Positions 36,636 to 45,100 of a stretch of DNA of 64,000 nucleotides are shown here, in pieces. The DNA comes from Candidatus Latescibacterota bacterium (GTDB lineage: Bacteria; Latescibacterota; UBA2968; GCA-2709665): contig CAXXJS010000025.1 in the NCBI GenBank assembly GCA_963662665.2, positions 84,845 through 148,844 on the forward strand. Direction: 5' to 3'. Made by a program: the position numbers and the translations under genes. The notes under the pieces were generated by a model, which made no database searches, was not told where the DNA came from, and saw only the letters and a list, made by a program, of their open reading frames with translations. Positions within the stretch are counted from its first letter, which is position 1; every line of letters starts with the position of its first letter.

Positions 36636-37593
36636 ATCACACACGCTTGTCTTCAATGTGAACCAGACGGGTAAGACATTGCGCTTGACGGCAACTCTTG
36701 ATGGGAAAACCCACACGTATACCGTCCCTGAACGTCAGAAAGTCTGCGCCAGATTGAAAATCATATACAGATTGTTGAATCCCTGGTCGTCCCTCTTGGG
36801 TACAATTCACGAGTTCTACGCCCGCGTCAGGAGAACAACCGGAAGGCCGGGGATCCACGCCTTGCTCACTGAAGTCGGCCGGATTCTGTACGCCCCTGTC
36901 GATGCGTGGATTGAACGGGCGTCCGGTATTGAGTTTGTAGTGGCTGAAGAGCGTCTGGCCTTTCTCTTCGACGCACTCTATTATAGAGGAAAACCTCTGT
37001 TTCTTCACAAGCAGGTGTCCTACAGCCTGCACGCACACTCTGACGATCCTCTTGACGTCTCCCGCAAGTGGAAAGGCCTGCTTATCTCGCATGAATCGTC
37101 GGATCCTGAACGGGCTGTATTGGCAGTCAAAGACCTCTTTCCCGGTTCTTTCTACTACGACGACCACGATGTGCATCTGGAGGAACTGAGAGATATTGTG
37201 GAAGTTGATTTTGTGTTGATCAGCGGTCATGGAGGACCTGTTAAAGGCATTGAACTGGAAAATATGCCGATTCGCCCAGAGACGCTTGTTCACATGGCAC
37301 CAAAACTTGTGTATCTGGATTCCTGCCGTTTGGGTCTTCATCGCGGGTTTCTGGAAAGACTGCATCAAACGGGTACCCGGTATTATCTCGCGCCAATTCT
37401 GAACAACGAATCGGGCGAGTCCTCCACCAAAACCATCCAGCGCTTTTTCACGGCCTTGTCCGATGGCGAAACACCTTCTAATGCATTATTTATCGCGCGA
37501 AAGACGCTTTATGAGCACTATTCCGCTCAAGGAGACGATTTCCGTTTGGCGATGGTGCGTGCATTCCCTTTCAGGATATATCGCCTAAACTGA
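36622..37593 (+). CDS. CHAT-domain (caspase-like C14-fold) protease homologue with an uncharacterised N-terminal ~190 aa
   Basis: VDFVLISGHGG (H203) and KLVYLDSCRLG (C235) have the spacing and context of the CHAT/caspase His-Cys dyad. The following YYLAPILNNESGESSTKTIQRFFTALSDGETPSNAL fits the CHAT C-terminal helix region. Confidence 0.6.
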   Translation: MFSSKSHTLVFNVNQTGKTLRLTATLDGKTHTYTVPERQKVCARLKIIYRLLNPWSSLLGTIHEFYARVRRTTGRPGIHALLTEVGRILYAPVDAWIERASGIEFVVAEERLAFLFDALYYRGKPLFLHKQVSYSLHAHSDDPLDVSRKWKGLLISHESSDPERAVLAVKDLFPGSFYYDDHDVHLEELRDIVEVDFVLISGHGGPVKGIELENMPIRPETLVHMAPKLVYLDSCRLGLHRGFLERLHQTGTRYYLAPILNNESGESSTKTIQRFFTALSDGETPSNALFIARKTLYEHYSAQGDDFRLAMVRAFPFRIYRLN

Positions 37594-37635
37594 ACGCCAT
37601 TCAACTCGGATGCAAACGCGAAAGGTGAGATAATC

Positions 37636-38052
37636 TTGCCTGGCTCCTCAATCGTCTACAGCGACAACCGGAATATCCCGCTCGATGCCATATTGAAGCT
37701 CTACTCGGCGAATGAATGGTCGTCCGCGAACAAACCGAACGAGCTTCGCGATGCATTGATGAACTCCCACTCCCTGCTCACTGCCTGGGATAACGAGAGT
37801 CTTGTCGGGCTGGGCAATGCCATCTCGGACGGGCATCTGGTTGTGTATTATCCGCATCTGCTGGTGGATCCCGAATACCATCGCCAGGGTATCGGATCGG
37901 AATTAATGAGAAGATTGATGGCAATCTACGAAGGCTTCCATCAGCACGTGCTGATTGCGGATGGAAGGGCGATCGATTTCTACGAAGCGTGCGGATTCAC
38001 AAGGGCAGGCAAGACAGAGCCCATGTGGATCTACTCCGGCGATGATCATTAA
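37636..38052 (+). CDS. GNAT family N-acetyltransferase
   Basis: TTG start with AGGTGA SD. Acetyl-CoA motif A is HRQGIGSELMRRL, and FYEACGF lies at the C-terminus. Confidence 0.8.
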   Translation: MPGSSIVYSDNRNIPLDAILKLYSANEWSSANKPNELRDALMNSHSLLTAWDNESLVGLGNAISDGHLVVYYPHLLVDPEYHRQGIGSELMRRLMAIYEGFHQHVLIADGRAIDFYEACGFTRAGKTEPMWIYSGDDH

Positions 38053-38102
38053 CAGAGTGATAATACAGTTGCGTTTTTTATAACTTTTTGTGAAATATAA
38101 CC

Positions 38103-38138
38103 ATGCCGGAGATCAGTCGGTTTCCTGGACTGGAGTGA
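38103..38138 (+). pseudogene. 11-codon stub of a DUF4160 gene
   Basis: MPEISRFPGLE-stop reproduces the characteristic DUF4160 start (MPxISxFyGI...). It lies directly upstream of the usual partner DUF2442. Confidence 0.5.
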
Positions 38139-38142
38139 CAAG

Positions 38143-38388
38143 ATGATACCCCGTGTAGTTGACGCCCGGTATGCAGGCGACTATGTGATCTGGCTCAGGT
38201 TCAATGACGGAGTGGAAGGAGAAGTAGATCTGAAAGATGAACTATGGGGCCAGGTTTTCGCGCCGCTGAAGAACAAAGAGTATTTCAAGAATTTCCGAGT
38301 TCACCCTGACTTCCATACGTTAACGTGGGAAAATGAAGCGGATTTTGCGCCTGAATTCCTGTATGAGATTGTGAAAGTCACGGCCTAA
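38143..38388 (+). CDS. DUF2442 domain protein
   Basis: 81-aa ORF. YVIWLRFNDGVEGEVDLKDEL.G.VFAPLKN...F..F.VHPDFHTLTWENEADFAPEFLY matches my recollection of DUF2442. Confidence 0.7.
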   Translation: MIPRVVDARYAGDYVIWLRFNDGVEGEVDLKDELWGQVFAPLKNKEYFKNFRVHPDFHTLTWENEADFAPEFLYEIVKVTA

Positions 38389-38443
38389 GCGGGGTGTTTC
38401 TGTATTCTGGAACCCGTGAAAGAAATCGCGTTGCACACGATCC

Positions 38444-38478
38444 CGGCGGTTTGACCCAACACCGCCGCTTTGTTTTTT
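38444..38478 (+). terminator. intrinsic terminator
   Basis: Stem CGGCGGT / ACCGCCG with a 10-nt loop, followed by CTTTGTTTTTT. Confidence 0.6.
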
Positions 38479-38569
38479 CGTCAGGTCGTATCAATTCGGG
38501 ATCACCTGAGCCAGGATGCGATAGAATTCCCGATATCCGGATTCCGGACGAGAAGCGGAAAGGACTGCG

Positions 38570-39904
38570 ATGAACGAAAGCGATACGGGCGTCCGCCGGG
38601 TGTCCCCTGCCTTCCGGACTACCCTTCGACGGGAACTTGACGTCTGGTTGAAAGAAGGCGTTGTCGACTCCGATCAGTCCGCCGCTATACAGAAACGATA
38701 TGCGCTGAACGAGGAGAACCAGAAATCCGGCGGCATGGTTGTGCAGGCCCTCTATCTGATCGGCGCCTGCCTGATTGGCGGAGGCGCGATCAGCTTCGTG
38801 GCGTCACGATGGGAAGAGATCCCCATACCCTTGAAAATGGCGCTCCTTTTCAGTACGCTGCTCGCATTCGAGGTCGCGGGGTTCTACCTCTGGAAGGTAT
38901 CGGGAAGCCGAAGGAAGCTCGGGGAGGCGCTTGTCGTGCTGGGCGGACTGGTCTTTGGCGCGAACGTGGTACTGATCGCTCAGATGTTCAATCTGCACGG
39001 CGAACCGTACGGGGCCTTCGGGATCTGGGCGATCGGAACCGGAGTCATTGCCTATGCGACAATGAGCGGACCCTGCATGGTCCTGACGTGCATCACGAGC
39101 TTTGTGTGGTTCGTCGGCCATACCGAGGGGAATCCGCATGCATTCTGCTGGTATCCTCTTGTGATCGGGGCTGCGGGTCTTCCGTTTCTGAAGCGTCACA
39201 GCACGTCTGCGTTCGCCGGCGTTATCCTGGCGGCAGGGGCGGCAATTCCCTTGTGCGCGGCCTTCGACAGCGGCGAAGCCTGGCCGGCCGTTCTTGCAGT
39301 TTCGGTAATCGCCACGCTGCTCTTCGGCCTGGGCGTGTGCCTGCACAGGATTGATTCAGCGCGTCTCATGGGGGTCATTGCGAGGATTATCGGGATGGCC
39401 GGGATTCTGCTTCTGGCTTACATTATATCGTTTCGGGAAGTGGCCGCCGAACTTACAGAAGCCTCGTGGCAATCGACCGGGTTGTTGTGGACGGTACCGC
39501 TCGGTCTGGTTTTCCTGGCGGCCATTGCCGTCTGGACCTCCGTGATTCGAACGCCACCGGATAGGGACGATCTGAGACACCGTTCGAAAGCGGTTCTCCT
39601 GGCCGGCGTTCTCCTGGCCTCCGGCACGTTGACCATGCAGCCCGTCGGGATTTCCCTTGGCGCTCACCTGGCGGTCGCCGCAATCGGTGTCAGCCTGCTC
39701 TATACGGCTGTAAAGGTCCAACGAAGGACGTCCTTCTGGACGGGCTTGTTGCTTCTGGCATGGGTCATCTTCCAGAATTTCATTCAGTGGGATACCAATC
39801 TGCTTCTCAAGTCAATGGTCTTCATCTTGTGCGGAATCGGCGTGATTCTAGGTGGGATCCGGTTCGAGCGTCACCTCAAGAAGGGGGGCACTGACAATGG
39901 TTAG
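38570..39904 (+). CDS. DUF2157-like polytopic membrane protein
   Basis: The soluble N-terminal LRRELDVWLKEGVVDSDQSAAIQKRY is followed by ~10 hydrophobic segments. There is an 8-nt overlap with the next gene. Confidence 0.5.
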   Translation: MNESDTGVRRVSPAFRTTLRRELDVWLKEGVVDSDQSAAIQKRYALNEENQKSGGMVVQALYLIGACLIGGGAISFVASRWEEIPIPLKMALLFSTLLAFEVAGFYLWKVSGSRRKLGEALVVLGGLVFGANVVLIAQMFNLHGEPYGAFGIWAIGTGVIAYATMSGPCMVLTCITSFVWFVGHTEGNPHAFCWYPLVIGAAGLPFLKRHSTSAFAGVILAAGAAIPLCAAFDSGEAWPAVLAVSVIATLLFGLGVCLHRIDSARLMGVIARIIGMAGILLLAYIISFREVAAELTEASWQSTGLLWTVPLGLVFLAAIAVWTSVIRTPPDRDDLRHRSKAVLLAGVLLASGTLTMQPVGISLGAHLAVAAIGVSLLYTAVKVQRRTSFWTGLLLLAWVIFQNFIQWDTNLLLKSMVFILCGIGVILGGIRFERHLKKGGTDNG

Positions 39905-40535
39905 GAGATACTTCTGGTTCGCGGCCGCGCTGCTGGCGCAAATCGGGATCCTGGCCGCGCTGCCCCTGAACCGAGGGGATTCGGGAAGGAAGGTCTGGCT
40001 CCCGGCGAAGGCCACGAATCTGCAACATGTCATGCGCGGCGCGGGCATCCGCATAGAGTATGAATTCGCACGGACCGAAGCGCATCGCAAACGGGGGGAG
40101 ACGCTTTACGTCACGTTGCGTGTGCAGGCGGATTCCACGTGGGCCGTTGAGAGTACGGGAACGCAAAAACCGTCGGACGCCTCGGCGGGAGAGGTCGTGA
40201 TTCGCGGCAAGACCGCGTATCGCTGGGTGCCCATTCGCGTTCCGCTGCACCGGGACACCTCCGGAAAATGGATCGCGGGTTCGGTAGTGACCGGGCAGGA
40301 GGAGGGACCCCCTCGAATCGGGGATACGGACCAGACCGTCGCAAGGGGATCGTTCAGGGAGAAATACGTGAACTTCGGGATCGGATACTATCATGTGCCG
40401 GAGAGATTGCGCATGCAGATCGTCGAAGACATCCGGAAGCATCCCGAGGATTTCGCCGCGCTCGTCCAGGTCGACCCGAACGGACGCGCGTCGCTTCTGG
40501 GATTCAGAGTACAGGAACGGGAGTTCAGATTCTAG
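39897..40535 (+). CDS. GDYXXLXY-domain protein (single N-terminal TM)
   Basis: MVRRYFWFAAALLAQIGILAAL anchor. The near-C-terminal VNFGIGYYHVPE resembles the GDYxxLxY/..YGIE.YFVPEG motif. This is the usual genomic partner of DUF2157. Confidence 0.5.
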   Translation: MVRRYFWFAAALLAQIGILAALPLNRGDSGRKVWLPAKATNLQHVMRGAGIRIEYEFARTEAHRKRGETLYVTLRVQADSTWAVESTGTQKPSDASAGEVVIRGKTAYRWVPIRVPLHRDTSGKWIAGSVVTGQEEGPPRIGDTDQTVARGSFREKYVNFGIGYYHVPERLRMQIVEDIRKHPEDFAALVQVDPNGRASLLGFRVQEREFRF

Positions 40536-40631
40536 GCCACCTGATTCATAAACCGGAACTTACATGGTTGGACGGGATCGACAGGATAAAAAACGACCAG
40601 GTTTGACAGGATTAGAAGCAAAAAGCAAGAC

Positions 40632-40667
40632 CAACGGCGACGTCCTTCTGACTGGGCGTCGCCGTTG
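40632..40667. terminator. hairpin between convergent genes (candidate bidirectional terminator)
   Basis: 11-bp perfect stem CAACGGCGACG / CGTCGCCGTTG with a 14-nt loop, read directly. Flanking T/A runs are weak. Confidence 0.5.
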
Positions 40668-40702
40668 TCTTTCGCCACTGCTCTTCCCGTAGTATACCTC
40701 CC

Positions 40703-42562
40703 CTATTCGCATTCTCCGTAGCTGTAGACGTGCGACCCGCTCCCGAAGTAGATGCGTCCGTTCAGCCAGTCCCCGCCGAAGCCGATGGGCACGGGAGACT
40801 CGGCCAGCAGGGTCAGGCTGTGGTCGGACGGGTTGACACGGACGATGCCCTTGACGAAAAGCATATAGACGCTGCCCGCCGGCGTGGCCACGAAGACGCG
40901 CGGTCCCTGCTGTCTGGCCGTCAGTCCGTAATTCTCTGAGGTTCCTTCGCTGCGCAGGATCCCTCTGGTTTCGGGATCAAACACGAAGAAGCGTTCCCGG
41001 TCTGCAACGCCATAGACGAGGCCGTTCGGACCCGGGCAGAGATCCGTATAGGATTGTGCGCCGGGGACGACGACCTCGCGCCACAGGATCCGCCTCGTAT
41101 TGGCATCCATCACGTAGAGTTCGGCTTCTTCCGCCTTTCGCTCGCCCCCGGTTCCGGGATCGGTCGTGGAACCGCCCAGGAGATTGCCGTCCGGAAGGGC
41201 GACCAGGCTCATTGTGCTGTGATCGCTAAGGATTTCGGTGTGGTCCAGCAGAACGCCCGATCCGGTCTCCCGGTCCCAGAACAGCATTCCGCCCCCCGTG
41301 CGGCCGTAACCCGGCGTGCCCGCCAGAATGACGGTCTTCCCGTCGGGATGGGCGAGCAGCGTGTGGGGACGGTTGATGGCGGGTTTGCATTCGGTAAGGA
41401 ACCGCGGATTGGATCCGGGGTTGTCCTTTTCGGTTGGCACCCAGGGTCCGGCGGGGTCCCATTCCAGCAGGAGTCCGCCGGTGTAGGCGCCCGCGAAAAA
41501 CCGGTCCGTCTGACGGGCCACGGTGTTCCACTGGCCGAGGTTGGGGCGGTTGATCCACGTGTCGGTCGCGGGATCGTACCTGAAAAAACGCGCGGGAAAC
41601 GTGGTGCCCCCGCTGACGGTCCCATCGGGCGCCGCGGCCAGCCCCATCACATGGGCGCCTTCGGTGGTGTAATCGAAGTCGACTTCAAGGACTTCTCCGG
41701 AATCCGGAACTTCAACCGACAGCTTGCGCGTTTCCAGGTCGCAGGCAACGATGCGTTTACCGTCCGGGAAGTCCCGGTGGAAGAGGCCCTGGCTGCCCGT
41801 CACGATCGGTTTTTCGTTCCGGTCCTCCAGCGCCCCGACGGGCCTTCGCGCGCCCCGGTAGAGTTCAAACCAGTTGTTGGAGCCGTCCCCGGCATGTCCG
41901 TAGACCTTGCCGTTGAGGTCGCGGTAGACGTGGCCGCTCCCGTGAACGCGTTCGTCTTCGGAGAGGATAGGATCAGCGGCGCCGGAATCCGGATTCAGGC
42001 TGATGATCTGACTGGCGGTACTGCCGATGCCGAAGTAGATCCAGCCGGCGCGGTCGGCCGCAACCGAACGCGGGTATTGCCGCCAATTCTGTTCGTAGAC
42101 GTGTCCGTAATCCCTGAACGCACGGGTTCCCGGATCGTAACAAAGAACGCCGCTGTCCGGATGGGTGGCCGCCCAGATGCGACCGTCGTCGTCTTCGGTC
42201 ATCCCCATGGCCATCTGCGGTACGGTCTCATGCCAGAACGTGAACGCCCGTGCGACGGGATCGAAAGCCAGGAATTGGCTGTGAAAATGGCTGCAGAAGA
42301 GATTGCCGCTGGTGAGAATTGATGAAAACGGGCATGCATTGAAGTCGTCGCCCGGTGGAAAAGGGAGGGGGAACTGGTCGCTGTCGCCGGTCTCAGCGTC
42401 GATCAACAGCAGGGCGTAGCAGCCGCGATGGTCGTACAGCCAGAGCAGGACCACGTTGCGGCCCCGCCCGTCCACCGTGGCGACCAGCCCCCGGTGGTTT
42501 GCGATGTCGGTAGCGACGCCGTGGTGCCGGAACCCGTTGCCCAGATTCTCTGACGTGCGCAT
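40703..42562 (-). CDS. large beta-propeller-like protein of unknown function
   Basis: 619-aa ORF with GAGGAG SD. It has recurrent D/G-rich turn motifs (DGRIWAAT, AGWIYFGIG, DGKVYGH, DGTVSGGT, DGNLLGGS, NGLVYGV, NGRIYFGSG). No signal peptide was seen. The opposite-strand ORF 41054..42322 is judged a shadow. Confidence 0.45.
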   Translation of the reverse strand: MRTSENLGNGFRHHGVATDIANHRGLVATVDGRGRNVVLLWLYDHRGCYALLLIDAETGDSDQFPLPFPPGDDFNACPFSSILTSGNLFCSHFHSQFLAFDPVARAFTFWHETVPQMAMGMTEDDDGRIWAATHPDSGVLCYDPGTRAFRDYGHVYEQNWRQYPRSVAADRAGWIYFGIGSTASQIISLNPDSGAADPILSEDERVHGSGHVYRDLNGKVYGHAGDGSNNWFELYRGARRPVGALEDRNEKPIVTGSQGLFHRDFPDGKRIVACDLETRKLSVEVPDSGEVLEVDFDYTTEGAHVMGLAAAPDGTVSGGTTFPARFFRYDPATDTWINRPNLGQWNTVARQTDRFFAGAYTGGLLLEWDPAGPWVPTEKDNPGSNPRFLTECKPAINRPHTLLAHPDGKTVILAGTPGYGRTGGGMLFWDRETGSGVLLDHTEILSDHSTMSLVALPDGNLLGGSTTDPGTGGERKAEEAELYVMDANTRRILWREVVVPGAQSYTDLCPGPNGLVYGVADRERFFVFDPETRGILRSEGTSENYGLTARQQGPRVFVATPAGSVYMLFVKGIVRVNPSDHSLTLLAESPVPIGFGGDWLNGRIYFGSGSHVYSYGECE

Positions 42563-42734
42563 TGTTGATCTCCTCGTTGGTAGATTTCCAGATTCGGGGA
42601 GAGGGGAGCCGGGAGACGGTAGAAGACAACCCGCCCTGTACCGGTTTTGCGATGTGCCTTATGTAAGTGTTCTTCTGTTTTGCTTTTGGTTCTTGCTTCA
42701 AGCTGATTGCTGACCGCTGATGGCTGTCTTTGTA

Positions 42735-42843
42735 GAAATCTCCCCACCGCATCAGCCGTCGCCAGCCCGTCGACGGGCTCAGGACAAGGTTTGGGGGCCG
42801 GCTCGGCTTCTGCGACTCCCCCTCAAGGGGGGAGTGATTGAAC
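42735..42843 (-). repeat. intergenic mosaic repeat, copy B (inverted relative to copy A)
   Basis: 42799..42843 is the exact reverse complement of 16397..16441 (45/45). 42735..42763 and 42766..42780 match the two flanking modules of copy A with 1-3 mismatches each. Confidence 0.85.
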
Positions 42844-42870
42844 CGCGAAACAGTCTCGTGCTTCCAAATC

Positions 42871-44214
42871 CTAGAATTGTACTTCCATTTCCTTGCGAAG
42901 GCGGAGAACGTCGCTGTCTTCGTCGAGTTCCACGTCGGATCGAAGAATCGGATCTCCCGCCGCGATTCCGCGATTCAGTTTGACTCCGTGCGCCAGGCCG
43001 ATGGGCAGGACGCCGTTCCCAACGGCGGCGGCCGCTGGCATGAGTCTGCCGTAAACGCGGTACCCGCCCTCCCCGTCCAGGGTTTCCCCGGCGGCAAGAT
43101 CGCGCTTGGCGGTGGCGGCGACGTCGGCTACGAACGCGCGGGGAGAGCCGGTGGCTTCACCGTGCAACCCGGCCCGCATCACGCTGGTGGCAAGTTCCAT
43201 GCCCACCAGGTGATAGGGACGGTAGATGGCGGTGTACCGTCCGGAGTCGTCCGTCGGCAGGCCGTATTCGGTGAAGCAGCGCCGGATATAATCTCCCGAC
43301 CCTTCAATGATTACATAGACACCCCACCGCAAGTGCCGGTCGACGTCAGTGCTGTCCGGATGCACGCAGGAAACGACCTCAACCGTTCCCTTATGGCTGA
43401 GCTGACCACCCGCGCTCCGGGGCCGGCAGACGTCCGGCAACCGGTCGATACCGCATGGCGGGAAGTTCAGGCCCTCCCGCTGCGGCTCGAGCCCCGTGGC
43501 ATTCGCGACGGCGGCCATCTCGATGGCGGATTTCGTTCCGTCCAAGAAGGAATTGAACATCCTCGGGTTCATCCCGCCCCGGGCGGCGGTTTCCTCGTCA
43601 ATCCCGTAGTGGTCCCAGACCGTATCGGGGGTCGATACGTGATACACGGGCCGGTGTTTCGTACCCTTGCCGGCGCAGACGACGTCAAAACCGTTGGTCC
43701 TCGCCCAGTCGACAAGTTCGCAGATCAGGGCGGGCTGGTCGCCGTAGGCAAGCGAATAGACCAGGCCGGCGGATACCGCCCGCTGCGCAAGTACGGGACC
43801 CGCGAGCACGTCGGCTTCGACGTTCACCATAACCAGGTGGCGGCCTTCGCGGATGGCTTTCAGGGCGTAACGGATACCGGCGAGTGGATTGCCCGTGGCT
43901 TCGACCACCACGTCGAGACCATCCGCGCCGACGAGGGCGTCGCCGTCCTCGGTGAGGTGGGTGGCGCCGGTCTTGCGGGCATTGTCGAAGTCCGTTGCGG
44001 CAAATTGGGAAGGGGGCCACTCAGCACGGGCGAGCGCCTTACGAACCCGGTCAATAGAAAGATCGGCCACGCCCAGTACATGCAGACCCGGAATCCGGCG
44101 GGCCTGCGCCAGGAACATCGTGCCGAATTTTCCGGCGCCGATGAGCCCCACGCGGACGGGAACGTCGGGACCGGCGACCCGCGGTTGCCAATGTGAATCT
44201 GGCGCGTTCTGCAT
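42871..44214 (-). CDS. NAD(P)-binding oxidoreductase with C-terminal SAF domain (COG4091-like, homoserine-dehydrogenase-like)
   Basis: Rossmann start VRVGLIGAGKFGTMF and VVVEATGNP are present. The C-terminal GETLDGEGGYRVYGRL...PIGLAHGVKLNRGIAAGDPI resembles a SAF domain. ATG 44214 is preferred over 44280, which would overlap the upstream gene. Confidence 0.55.
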   Translation of the reverse strand: MQNAPDSHWQPRVAGPDVPVRVGLIGAGKFGTMFLAQARRIPGLHVLGVADLSIDRVRKALARAEWPPSQFAATDFDNARKTGATHLTEDGDALVGADGLDVVVEATGNPLAGIRYALKAIREGRHLVMVNVEADVLAGPVLAQRAVSAGLVYSLAYGDQPALICELVDWARTNGFDVVCAGKGTKHRPVYHVSTPDTVWDHYGIDEETAARGGMNPRMFNSFLDGTKSAIEMAAVANATGLEPQREGLNFPPCGIDRLPDVCRPRSAGGQLSHKGTVEVVSCVHPDSTDVDRHLRWGVYVIIEGSGDYIRRCFTEYGLPTDDSGRYTAIYRPYHLVGMELATSVMRAGLHGEATGSPRAFVADVAATAKRDLAAGETLDGEGGYRVYGRLMPAAAAVGNGVLPIGLAHGVKLNRGIAAGDPILRSDVELDEDSDVLRLRKEMEVQF

Positions 44215-44258
44215 CGTGTACCCTGATAGTCGAGTCGTCGTTTGAGACAAGACACCCT

Positions 44259-45020
44259 TCACCCGCCATTTTCGAAGCAATCGCCCATGTCATCCAGAAA
44301 CTGTTCCGGGTCGACTCTGCGATAGCGTTCGATATGACGATGGCCTGTCCGGGAATCCGCCACAAGGTCCGTCACGGTCAAATCCTCCGCCGCCAGACCT
44401 TCGAGTTGGGATAGCCTCCATACGCTCTGGTCAAAGACCTCTTTCGCGTTCGATTTAACCCGAATCTCGATATCGGCCTCGGCGGTTCCGTAATAGAAAA
44501 CCGACTTGAGGCGCGTTCGCAAGATCTTGAACGCGTAATCCGGAAGACGGTCTTCGCGCTCGCCCGGAACGAACGATTCGGGCCAGAAGATTCGATTGAC
44601 GTGGAGATCGAACGCTTTCTTTATCGCACCGGAAACGGTGCCGTCAGACGGAACCCATTGCGAATCGGGCCAGACGTCCAGGTTGCCCCACGGCCATCCC
44701 AGGCGGTCCGTATGCAGCCGAAGGCGCCCGCTGCCGGTATTGACGCCTTCCGCGGAAATATCGAGAACCGCGAAGTGCTGCGGATAAATGAAAAAGTCAT
44801 CCGTGCGGGCGCGCCAGGCGTCGTAAAACGCGGTGGTTAGCGCCAGAATCGCATACGACGTATGCAGTATGCCGTCTTCGAGGCGGGGTGAGACGACGCC
44901 CGTTCGATCCGACTCATCGTAATCGGGACAGAACGCTTCGAAAGGGACGGGCGTAAGGCCGTTCCCGCCGCGTTGCCAGTATTGGAAATCCGGACCGGAA
45001 AGAACTCTGCTGGTGTGCAT
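44259..45020 (-). CDS. hypothetical protein (253 aa), no recognised family
   Basis: Long ORF with GAGGT SD, codon usage like its neighbours, and co-directional tight spacing with 42871..44214. Confidence 0.5.
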   Translation of the reverse strand: MHTSRVLSGPDFQYWQRGGNGLTPVPFEAFCPDYDESDRTGVVSPRLEDGILHTSYAILALTTAFYDAWRARTDDFFIYPQHFAVLDISAEGVNTGSGRLRLHTDRLGWPWGNLDVWPDSQWVPSDGTVSGAIKKAFDLHVNRIFWPESFVPGEREDRLPDYAFKILRTRLKSVFYYGTAEADIEIRVKSNAKEVFDQSVWRLSQLEGLAAEDLTVTDLVADSRTGHRHIERYRRVDPEQFLDDMGDCFENGG

Positions 45021-45100
45021 TTCGTGAAACCTCGAGATTGGCGATCAACCGGCGCGGCGCAACGGCGGGTGGTCTTCGCGCGGCGCGGATTCGTTAGACT

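Noticed and set aside
23706-38560. Integron cassette array (CALIN) hypothesis for the co-directional island.
   Set aside because: I inspected every inter-gene spacer for attC-like structures (RYYYAAC ... GTTRRRY arms with extrahelical bases). I found only unrelated short hairpins (for example 26573-26612, 27467-27483, 29384-29395). Several genes are separated by fewer than 45 bp, and no intI is present. This is retained only as something to test with a covariance model.
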